Shown here one piece after another: positions 53,759 through 64,000 of a stretch of DNA of 64,000 bases. The stretch spans positions 13,392,001 to 13,456,000 of the forward strand of contig NC_043001.1 of assembly GCF_006345805.1 (NCBI RefSeq), read 5' to 3'. The first letter of the stretch is position 1, and each line of letters starts with the position of its first letter. A model generated the notes under the pieces. It ran no database searches. It was given only the letters and a program-made list of their open reading frames with translations, and had not been told where the DNA came from. This stretch comes from Octopus sinensis (taxonomy: Eukaryota). A program made the translations under genes and the position numbers.

Positions 53759-54236
53759 TTTTTTTTTCTTCTTTCAAATTTGCTTCCATTTCTTGCCGAG
53801 TGTCTTCCCGACTCCTAGGGCAAAGAAACTCATAGTATACAATGGTAGGCCATTAAACCAAACTCAGTAGTTCGTTAATTTTTTTTTTTTTTTTTAAGTT
53901 AAATTAAAATACATGAGCAGCAACAGTTCTCACATCAACAATGCTCTTCTCAATACGTGTGATGTACCATTTAAGACAATCTTTTGCACTTCTTGCAGGG
54001 ATGGTAAGCCAGGGATCATTCTCATATAATTTTCGGTTCCCTTCTTGATCATTCCTAGTGCTCCTACGATCACTGGTATTGTAACCGCCTTGAGATGCCA
54101 CATTTTCTCAATTTCAATGAGTAGGTCTTTATATTTTCTGAGCTTGTCAAACTCTTTCGCTGAGATATTATGATCTCAGGGGATGCTCATGTCGATCAAT
54201 AAGCAAACTTTATTGTTTTGGCCTTTCACAACAATT
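53758..54236 (-). mobile_element. R4/Dong-like LINE 3' end (RLE C-terminus plus UTR)
   Basis: VCLLIDMSIP*DHNISAKEFDKLRKYKDLLIEIEKMWHLK..IPGLPSLQEVQKIVLNGTSHVLRRAL; (ATT)n both sides. Confidence 0.88.
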
Positions 54237-54257
54237 TATTATTATTATTATTATTCT

Positions 54258-55835
54258 ATGTTTGACTTTTGCTTTATATTTGTACAAGTTGGCTCCAAGT
54301 CTCACCCAGAGACCTCAAGAGACAACAGGGTTGGAAGTTCATGTTGTTGTTATGCCTAGTGTGCCATATATTTTGGGGGTGGGGATGTTGTACTAATGAA
54401 TGTCTAAATAAAAAAGGTTTTTTTTTTTTTTTTTAAACCGAAAATTATGTTTGTTTTAAACCTTGAGATTACATAGAGAGTATTTTGCGTAGGATATGAG
54501 CAGTTCCCATGAGCACTATCTTTTGAACTTCTGCCATTTTGGGGTTTCCTGGTATCTGAGTTAGGTAGCTATCAGCAAATCCAGGTTTTTACAGATTACC
54601 CAGTGAATATATTGTGCAGCTCTATCGTGCCTGTTGAGATACTCTGTAGGCGCTAGAAGACTGCACTTGGAGACCACATGGTCAATGGTTTCATTTTGTT
54701 GCTTGCATACACGACACGTTGGACTGCTTCTGATCTTTAATATGTTGGCCTGGTAGTTTCTTGTTGGTAGGCATTGATCTTGAGCTGCTATGATAAACCC
54801 CTCTGTTTCAGATTTTAAGCCAGAGGCCATTAGCCATTGATGGGTCAGGGCTTTGTCGATATCTGCATTATTCGCTCTCTTTGGGTATTTGCCATAGAGA
54901 GGTTTTTCTTGCCATTTATTATTCAGAATATCTAAGGCCGCAGTTTTGGCACGGGTTTTCATGCGCCTAGCTTTTTCTGTGCTTGTTTCTTGTATATCTA
55001 TCTCTAATTCCGAAATTGGTTGTATTCGGAATTCACTTAGATATTCTTTTGTCTGTTTTGTGACTGAGTATGATGCTTTCTTGTTTTCATGTTTTGAGAC
55101 AAGTTTTAACATCCAGTCCTCAGAGTCTTTCAGGTAGGTGTCTAGGCCAATTGTAGCAATCTTCATTGTTATTGCCAGTTGCAAAAGACCACGTCCTCCC
55201 TCTTTTCTTGGCAGATAGAGTCGTTCTGTATCTGCCTTAGGGTGGTGCATTCTATGCATTGTGAACAGTTTCCTTATTTTTCTGTCGAGCTGACATATTT
55301 CAGTAATTGACCAGTTAACAATATTGAAACTGTAAGTCACGACTGGTATAGCTAATGCATTGATTGCTTCGATCCTGTTTCTTGCATTCAGCTCTGTCGT
55401 GAGTATTGCTCTCACTCTTCGATAGCATTCTCTCCTGATCCTTTCCTTCATCTCTGAATGCCTTATTCCGTTCCCTTCAATTACCCCTAGGTACTTGTAG
55501 CTCTCCGCTGGGTCTAGTTCTTTTATGACATTCTGTTGGTCAAGGTTAACGTTAGATGTTTCTGTCATTTTTCCTTTGATAAAGGTAGCCTTTGCACATT
55601 TATCGAGGCCGAATTGTATTCTGATGTCGTCACTGAATTGTTTGACTATCGCTAGTAAGCCCTTGAGTTGTTGATCATTTTTTGCAAAAATCTTTAAATC
55701 ATCCATGTAAACGAGATGATTTATATTTTTATCAAACATTTTATACCCGTACTGCGCGTCATTGAGCAGCTTTGAGAGAGGTATTAAGGATAAACAAAAG
55801 AGGAGTGGTGACAGTGAGTCACCCTGGAAAATGCC
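54258..55835 (-). mobile_element. 5'-truncated R4/Dong-like LINE with RLE core deleted
   Basis: CGIFQGDSLSPLLF..HLVYMDDLKIF..CRVCKQQNETIDHVVSKC; jumps from KNLDL to ADSYLTQIPGNPK..GTAHILRKILSM* at ~54578. Confidence 0.88.
54561..55739 (-). pseudogene. R4/Dong-like ORF remnant (RT C-terminal half, thumb, CCHC), 392 aa open
   Basis: ORF track; YMDD catalytic motif and CCHC knuckle. Confidence 0.88.
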
Positions 55836-55865
55836 ACACGAAATTTGGTCTTATTATTATTATTA

Positions 55866-55897
<32 letters not shown>

Positions 55898-55901
<4 letters not shown>

Positions 55902-55965
55902 TCACTGCCTGGAATCGAACTCGGAATCTTGGGGTTAGTAGCCTGCACTCTAGACCACTACGCCA
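55898..55965 (-). mobile_element. short tRNA-derived SINE ending in (AAT)n
   Basis: TGGCGTAGTGG (box A)...GAGTTCGATTCC (box B), then GTGACCTG(AAT)n. Confidence 0.75.
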
Positions 55966-56175
55966 TATATACGAGTTCGATTCCAGGCAAAAGTAGAAAG
56001 TTTTCTTGTACTGTACTTTACCAAATGTAATAACTCATGTAACTTTCCAGGTTTATAATCTTAAGAATATTATTTCTCTTGCTTTCTTTTTTCCATGTAA
56101 TAATGAATACGTAAGATATGAAATTATATTTTGACCCACATATACACCCTTACATCCACACACATTCACACACAC

Positions 56176-56280
<105 letters not shown>

Positions 56281-56907
56281 TACACTGGACAATATATCGG
56301 CATTATAAAATCAAAACCACTGACAAATGATATAAACACCATCCTGAAGCTGTGACTGAGGGAGAAATTTTATCGATTCTATGGGACTTCCCCGTGCATA
56401 CCAACAAAACTATAAAAGCTAACAAACCGGGTATTATCATAAAAGATCAGACAAAAAGGATGTGTTTATTAATTGACATGAGTATTCCTTGCGATCACAA
56501 TATAGCGGTGATTGAATTTGACAAGATTAGTAAATATAAAGACTTGCTAATAGAAATTGAAAAACTGTGGCATCTCAAGACGACTACAGTATCAGTGATT
56601 GTAGGATCTCTAGGAATGATAAAAAAGGTACTGAAACATATTTGAAAATGATACCAGGCTTACCATCCCTACAGGAATTGCAAAAAATCGTGTTAACTGG
56701 AACGGCTCATGTACTGAGAAGAGCATTATCGCTGTGAAAAATAACATCCATCCATGAATTTATTTATTTATTAATTTTTAAATACATATTTTATCTGCGA
56801 ATTTGCGTGTGTAATCTGGGAATGCATATAATGAGCTTCTCTGCCCCAGGAGTACGGAAAACACTCGGCAAGAAACGGAAGAAAATTTGAAGAAAGAAGG
56901 AAAAATA
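56281..56907 (+). mobile_element. R4/Dong-like LINE 3' end
   Basis: ILWDFPVHTNKTIKANKPGIII..LLIDMSIPCDHNI..KYKDLLIEIEKLWHLK; same subfamily as 53758-54236; (AAT)n both sides. Confidence 0.9.
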
Positions 56908-56944
56908 ATAATAACAATAATAATTATTATTATTATTATTATTA

Positions 56945-57022
<78 letters not shown>
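56907..57022. repeat. (AAT)n switching to (ATT)n microsatellite
   Basis: direct reading. Confidence 0.92.
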
Positions 57023-57024
<2 letters not shown>

Positions 57025-58772
57025 GTCATGTGCGTGGTAAATAGCGGGGATCTAAGTCTACGAATTCCTTCCTGTAATTTGTTTATGGTTATGCCAATTA
57101 TAGCTGCATCTCTTCAATGAAGAACAACCTTTCCTTTCAGAAAAAAGGTGTACTTATAACACACTCAGCATAAGGCTAATTTTGCACACCGGTGTTTCAA
57201 AAACGTTGAGTCTCCTCAGTTGTTCGTAGAGGCCCCTTACCCTGTTCAGTCAAGTGTGGTATTAATCAAATATTAGTTTGAAAAGAGATGTTGTTTTCCA
57301 ATGACAAGACACGGTATCGATTAGTGTATTTATGTTCGAACAGCAGGAACGAATTAAGAATGAAGATATAAGTTATCGTTTTGCTTCAAACTGTTCACCG
57401 TGCACATGACGATTTATTTTCGGTTCGTGGATATCAGCATGTAACAACATTTCCATTAGCTTAAACACTCTTCTACTTTATCATTGCCTTTAGCAACCAA
57501 TTTAGCCTATTAATCGATCGTTACCTTCACTTAAATCACTCCCGCTCATATCTTCATCAGCACCGCTTTACGTCTCTCAGATCACCCACATCCTTTCTAC
57601 TCTCATCCGTATCCACTAGCAACGGCACTACCTCAGCAGTGACATCACTACGATAATTATATTTAATATCATGTACATCATCAGCAATATTAGCATCACG
57701 ACTTTCGCCTCAACTTCGTCGTTATAGTCCTCCACCACATCCTCCTTCTCCTCCTCATCATCATCATTATCATCATCATCACCATGATCATCATCATTAC
57801 CTTTGGGGTTGTCGTCCTCGTCGTTGACGTCACAGTAGTTGTCATCTTCTTCCTCTCTTTCTCCTTCCCATCACCACCTTCATGATTACTGTTATCATAT
57901 ATCGTCATCATCATCATTAACATCATTTCTTTCATGAGCTTCCCAATAAAAGGGCCATATCAAGGGCCCTATCATCCCAGTACTTGCCTTTCCTAAGTTC
58001 AATATCCTCATCACAAATAAAACCTCTTCTGCAATATTACTTTCCAGTCCACCATCTACCGACTTGTACCAACCATTATGGCTATCTCTCTGCCCATTTC
58101 TATATCAGTTGGTTTCTGTAGAATTCTGTGTATAAAGTTTTAGCCACAGGGGAGATTAAATGCGATACATTTTTAGTTACTGGGTTGATTAAATGCGACA
58201 TAATGAGTAGTTTATCTTAATAATTCTTTTTAGTTTTGACACTAAATCAAATACTCAAACACACACACATACACATACACATACACACCCATACGTGAGT
58301 GTGCGAAAAAAACCGTGAGCTTATGTGGCATGTATGTGCCACATATCAGTAGCAAAGTTGAAAATAAAGTTTGATTAACTGGGAGTCTTAGCTTTTGAGA
58401 GTCCATGATTCTACAATTTTGTAATGATTGCACGCACGAACACAATTGCTTTTAGAGTTAAAATTAAGAAAGCTTTTATTTTACCTGCAACCATGCTAAG
58501 ATATTCCTAAATCGTTTAAGATGCTTCAGCGGCAGCCTAACAATGTGTCAGCAAAATTAGTGACAGGCGCTCCGAAACATTCAGTGAGCAAAACATTTGA
58601 CGAGTTTTAGCGATTAACATTGAGAAATGCATTCCCCGATTATAAATTCAATGGTCAGGTATTTTCATCGATTTGCGTGAAATGATCTTAAGTGTCTTCT
58701 TTATAATGTGCTTAATTCCAAGCTGATCATGAAAACGGGTCGTCTTAATTATATTTTAGTGCTGATGAATAT

Positions 58773-58835
58773 TCTCTTTTACTCTTTTACTTGTTTCAGT
58801 CATTTGACTGCGGCCATGCTGGAGCACCGCCTTTA
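58773..58835 (-). mobile_element. SINE family A 3' tail fragment
   Basis: near-exact match to A tail. Confidence 0.85.
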
Positions 58836-59402
58836 GATTTTTAATTTTATGATACTTGTTCAGGATAATGTATCCATTATGTAGAAATAAAACACTTGTA
58901 CCTATATATATATTTTATTATTATTATTAACACGATTAATGTTATTTCATTAATATGCTAGGTTTTCTATTTTTAAGCCTTCGTTTCAAGTGAATGAATG
59001 GAATTATTTAATGAATGGAATTTGAGATGTATTGAATTGCTATTGAAATTGAATTGCTATTACTATGTTGGTTATAGGCCGACTCAAACTTAGTTAGAAA
59101 TACTGAGCATTCGGTTCTAATTTCGGGAGCTTTCCATGGGTAATTCCTCTTTCAATACCCTGTGTTATAATAACATATTTAATCCAATGGATATTTTTCT
59201 AAATTCCCTAATGTATTACGATATTTTTTCAGCATTTGTTTCATATTTACAAAGTTTCTTGCATACGTTAAATGATTGCAAATGATTCTTTAAAACACAA
59301 AAAGCTATATCCGCTGCAGACGTGCGAGACGAAAAGAATTCAAAATTGCCCAACACTTTTGTTTTAATTATCAATGTTTTTTTTTCCTGTAAAACTCGAT
59401 AG

Positions 59403-59826
59403 GGATCTTTTCGGTTTGACCAGCAGTTTTTTTTAATAATTTCCACGTAACTAAACACTTTTAAACTTCGTATACTGGTAGAATATGTTTATAAAACATC
59501 TTTTTCTCTTGGCTTTATTGAGAAAATTCTATAGTTTGTAAGATATTTGTTGTTTTTTTCGTCTTCAATTTCTGCAATTTCAACCAATCAATGACGTCTA
59601 TTGAGGTGAAAGCATTCTGTGCCGTATGAATACGTCCCTCGTTTAAGAAACAGCTTTGGTTTATTTACATTTGTGAAGAAAAAAAGACACCCTTCGCCCC
59701 ACCCTAACTCTAACCCTAACCATGAAACAGATTGAAATGCAATAGATCGATACTTCGGTCATAATTATGGGTGACAATTTCATATAGTACCGCTAGAAAA
59801 AAATGCCGGTGAAACCGAAAAGATCC
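59403..59826. mobile_element. Merlin-like MITE, second copy, opposite orientation to 42590-43009
   Basis: GGATCTTTTCGGTTT...AAACCGAAAAGATCC; flanks CTCGATAG / CCCGATAG; body is reverse complement of first copy. Confidence 0.8.
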
Positions 59827-60674
59827 CCCGATAGTTTTTGAATATACATTTGTCGCAGTTTGTACGATTGTAATAAAGGAGATGTGTAATGCCTTTCTTT
59901 GGGTATAAAAGAACGAGTTTTGGCCAAAATCGTGGACACAATACTCTTTCCAGACGGTCGTAAAAATAAAATTTATTTCTCTACCGACCGGTTTTGTAGA
60001 ATATAGAAAAAATGTTTCAGAGATGCAGCACGGAATTTTGTCAGTGAACAGGTCGCGGTCTCAAAGCGACGAAAATATTTTGACAACTTAAATTTAAATA
60101 TTGAAGAGAATCTAACGGTTTTTGTATGTTTCTTAAATGGCTTATAAACACCTTCCACGCTGCAATTGTTTCAGTAATGGTTAATCCGATATTAGTAGTC
60201 ATTTCGGAAAAGACAGCGAAGCGATACAATTAGAAGAATATTAATCTACAACTTTAATCAAGTCAATTAACCGATTAGAGTTTTTTTGCTAGAGCAGATT
60301 TAGTGGTAGTCTAAGTTTTCGTTCACAGTAACTAAATGTAGAATTTGGTTTAGCAATTAATGATTTGGTAAATACGAATAAGTGAAGCAAAATATCGCTG
60401 AATTTTTTATTTATTTATTTATTTATTTTTGCCGGGCATCTGAAGAGGAAATACGCGAAAAATCTAATGACTTAGATATTATGAATACTCTCCTCAATAT
60501 AGGAATAAATGAGGCGTTTTGTAAGTACATTTTTTTTCAGCTGATTCATACTAAAATTTCTCGGTGCTTCTGGATATTTTTACGCATGAGCAGTTCAGCT
60601 GTTCAATTCCGCTTGAAAGTTTGGCACCTTGTAAAACATTTATATTTACAAAATTTTGGCTTTTACTCATACAA

Positions 60675-60752
<78 letters not shown>

Positions 60753-60757
60753 CTGTG

Positions 60758-60878
60758 TATTTAGGGATAACCACTAGGTGGATAACCAATATGCTAGAAG
60801 AAGATCCCATATGATTTTTCTATAAATGTGATCTTCTTCTAGCATATTGCCCATCCACCTAGTGGTTATACCTAAATA
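60758..60878. repeat. 121-bp foldback (49-bp arms, ~4 mismatches, 23-nt spacer)
   Basis: TATTTAGGGATAACCACTAGGTGG..GCTAGAAGAAGATC vs GATCTTCTTCTAGC..CCACCTAGTGGTTATACCTAAATA. Confidence 0.85.
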
Positions 60879-60979
60879 TACATGTGTATTGGAACTTTTT
60901 CTGATTTTTCAGATTTTTCTATTTGCTAGGCTACTAGTTTCAAATTAAATTAATATTCAATTCATCACCCTCGTTATTT

Positions 60980-61046
<67 letters not shown>

Positions 61047-61049
<3 letters not shown>

Positions 61050-61378
61050 TCCTCCCATAAATAATGTAGTTTATACATGTATTTTTCAAAATTAAGATAA
61101 CAAAGTTCTTTTTTTAATCTAAAATATACTCGCTTTCATTTTCTACAAGGCTCTTCCATCTATCCAGTAGAATTGCAAGCCCCTCCCCCCTCCACTTCCG
61201 CAATTCACTCGTCGGTGACGAAAAATATTCCTCCAGTACTGTTCTGACCTCGTCTACAGAATTCATGCTTTTTTCCTTCCAAATGACTTTGAAAACTGTA
61301 GAGAAATGATAATCCGGTGGGGCAATGCCCGGTGAATATGGTGGATGAGGCATCGTTTCCCATTCAGACGGCGTGTGT
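61047..61378 (-). mobile_element. mariner transposase 3' fragment with terminal repeat
   Basis: ORF 61114-61353 MPHPPYSPGIAPPDYH...RWKSLVENESEYILD; terminus abuts TA at 61045-61046. Confidence 0.85.
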
Positions 61379-61551
61379 TTTATCTTTCTCTTCTTTCATT
61401 TACCTGTGGCCAGTACATAATTCTAAGCTTGGTACTTACTATATCGGTCTCTATTGCTGAACCGCTATACTGGGCGTAAACGCACCAACACCATCTGTCA
61501 AGCAGTAATGTAAACAGAAGCCGACACAAAGATACACACACACACACAAAC

Positions 61552-61582
<31 letters not shown>

Positions 61583-61625
61583 AAGTCACCCCCACCAGGT
61601 AGACACCCAGGAAGAAAACTCCAGT

Positions 61626-62213
61626 GAGGAACCTGCCCGGGAAGTAAACCCAAGTGCAAGTGCTCCTACCAGCACCAAAAGCCATGGAGATGAAAGAAAC
61701 AAAAAAGGAGGAAAAACTAAAACTAAAACTCAGGCAAAACCAAAAAATGAAACAGCCAAGGATAGAAGCAAACCTGACTATCCATATACCAAAAAGGATG
61801 GAAACAAACAGCGCACACGGGTGTGTAGGTTCTACCTGAGAGGTGCCTGCCGGCATGGAGAGGAAGGTGCAGGCTGCCGTTTTGCACATCCGGGACCCTG
61901 CCGCAGAGACACGAAACAGGTCAGAAACTAACTACCGAAAGGAAAAGGGATGGACCACGCACCACCTGCCCCAAAACGGAGGTACGCAGATGTGGTGCGT
62001 GCCACAAACCGCCAACGTGTTGTTGAAAGGGCAGCTACTGAACAAGAATCTTTTTTGTGCCTGGCACAAAAGATTGTACAGCAGCTAACCTGGCTCCATC
62101 AAACTCAAGCTCGCAGATGGGACTATCCACAGTTCACAAGACCACCACAGCAAATAGACCCAAGGTGGACACCACCGGCAACAGCATACACCTCACCTCG
62201 ATGCTCCTACTGA
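61626..62213 (+). pseudogene. LINE ORF1 remnant with CCCH-like zinc finger
   Basis: VCRFYLRGACRHGEEGAGCRFAHP at ~61821-61892; one in-frame TAA at ~61929. Confidence 0.7.
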
Positions 62214-64000
62214 ACATCAGAGGACTACTAACACACAGTAACAGGACAAAAGTCCCGCTCTTGAGAGACTTTGTTGCATGCAATCAAGCCTTATGCATAG
62301 CGCTTACGGAAACACACCTGAAACCGGACATAGCAGATGCGGAATTACACATACCACAGTGTGTTGTACTACGGACCGACAGAAAAGAAAGGACACATGG
62401 AGGAGTTGCTATGTACATCCGTGAGGACCTCACACCCCAGGTCCTTTTGTCATACTCAAACTCGGTGTGTGACACACTAATTGTACATGTAAGGCAACTT
62501 GGTGTAGTTGTGTGTGCTACATATCGCCCTCCAGATGCCCCAATCCATATGGGCAAGTTTGAAGACTGCCTTATAAAAATAGAAGTTCTAGTCACACTAG
62601 AACAACACATAAGTGTACTTCTCATGGGAGACTTCAATCTACCCAATGTCAGATGGCCCGAGAGCCTTTCTCTCCCAGGAATGACACGATGTGAACGAGG
62701 ACAGGCGAGGTCCCTCCTGAACCTCATCAACACCCTGTACATGGAGCAAGTAATACTCCAACCAACAAGGGCAGGTAACACACTGGATCTCTGCTTCACA
62801 AATAATATGGATCTCATCCATAATGTGAAAGTGACACCGACACTACTCTCAGAACACAACATGGTAGAGCTGACCATGTACGGGCCAAAGGAAAGCATGG
62901 ACATGCAGCCTACAAGAAACTCTCAGAATCTTTCCAGCTTGAACTTCAATAAGGCAAACTGGAAACAAATTGAGAAAGAGATCCTCAAACAAAACTGGCC
63001 TGAATGTCTCTCCTCGCCAGACATCGACATGAAAGTTCAACAATTCATGTCTGTAATGCAAGCCGTATGCTACAAATGTGTCCCAGAGAGAAAGGCCACT
63101 GTACACAAGAACAAAATCCCCAGAGAGAGGAAAATTCTACTGAGACGGCGTACAAAAATCTCAAATCGCCTAAACAAACAAATTGAAAGCAGTGAAAAGT
63201 CCCGCCTGAAAATGAAACTGTTGGAAATTGAAAAATGTCTGCAACTCTCCCATGAAAAGGAAAGAGCAGACAAAAAAGCTGGGCTATAGACAACATAAAA
63301 TCTAACCCCAGAGCTTTCTACAGGTATGCCAAAGAAACAGCTACGGTGCACTATAGGATAGGGCCACTCCTTGAAAGGGATGGCACACTCACAGGAAATC
63401 CAATGACGGTAAGTGAAATACTAAATGAGCAATTCAAGAGTGTTTTCACCCCACCCCTTGGGCATTTCCAAATCAGCAATCCAACTGACTTCTTCACCAC
63501 TGCAGATATGGGGTCAGAGGCGGCGATGATTGATTACATCAATATAAAGGAAGACGATGTAATAAAGGCTATAGATAAGATGAAAACAAACTCAGCTACT
63601 GGCACCGATGGATTCCCGGCAATCATTCTAAAAGTATGTAAGAGAGTCCTAGCAAGACCACTGCAGTCTCTCTTTCAGAGCTTCCTTGCAACTGGCAAAC
63701 TTCCAAGAAAACTGAAGGAAGGTAAAATATGCCCTATTCATAAAGGAGGTAGCAGAGCGGAGGCCAAGAACTACAGACCTATCTCTCTGACCTCACACAT
63801 CAGCAAGGTCATGGAACGAATAGTCAGAAGGAAACTAATCACCTTCCTTGAAGAAAATGACTTGCTGCTTGACACCCAACATGGTTTCCGACCAGGAAGA
63901 AGCTGCTTAACTCAGCTCCTACAACACTATGACTGGGTGCTGAAACGACTGCTCAGCCACTCAAATGTGGAAGTGATATATCTCGACTTTGCAAAGGCCT
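62194..64000 (+). CDS. LINE ORF2 (APE endonuclease plus RT start), one frameshift near A6 run 63272-63277
   Basis: LLNIRGL..LTETHL..GGVAMY..YRPP..GDFN..NTLDL..SEH; after shift W..DNIKSNP..NYRPISLTS..QHGFRPGRSC..YLDFAKA open to window end. Confidence 0.88.

Larger units (their letters stand above)
61585..64000 (+). mobile_element. CR1-like LINE (ORF1 remnant plus ORF2), runs off window
   Basis: CCCH-type finger in ORF1, APE domain, linker and RT N-terminus. Confidence 0.92.

Noticed and set aside
60030-60090. Possible decayed hammerhead in a repeat-like segment
   Set aside because: Neither CUGANGA nor GAAAC is present in this copy

Overview
AT-rich, repeat-saturated animal genomic DNA. The SINE families and microsatellite load suggest an octopod cephalopod; this is inference from recognition, not a database result. 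No host protein-coding gene can be supported, and most ORFs in the track are microsatellite translations. The window holds at least 4 tRNA-derived SINE families, R4/Dong-like and HERO-like RLE LINE fragments, CR1-like LINEs, a decayed Gypsy element, a Penelope-like remnant, mariner and Helitron pieces, and two Merlin-like MITEs. The standout is a 3.2-kb array at 32580-35761 of a near-identical 488-489 bp non-coding unit. Each unit carries a complete type I hammerhead ribozyme: 8-bp stem I, CUGAUGA, an extended G-U-rich stem II, GAAA, stem III and a GUA cleavage triplet. There are five copies on + and one intact copy on -, in an inverted arm. This is a retrozyme-like, putatively circRNA-producing system inserted in a (TA)n tract. 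The window also has an apparently non-circularly permuted hammerhead in the 3' UTR of the HERO-like LINE (two copies) and three decayed minimal Penelope-type hammerheads.
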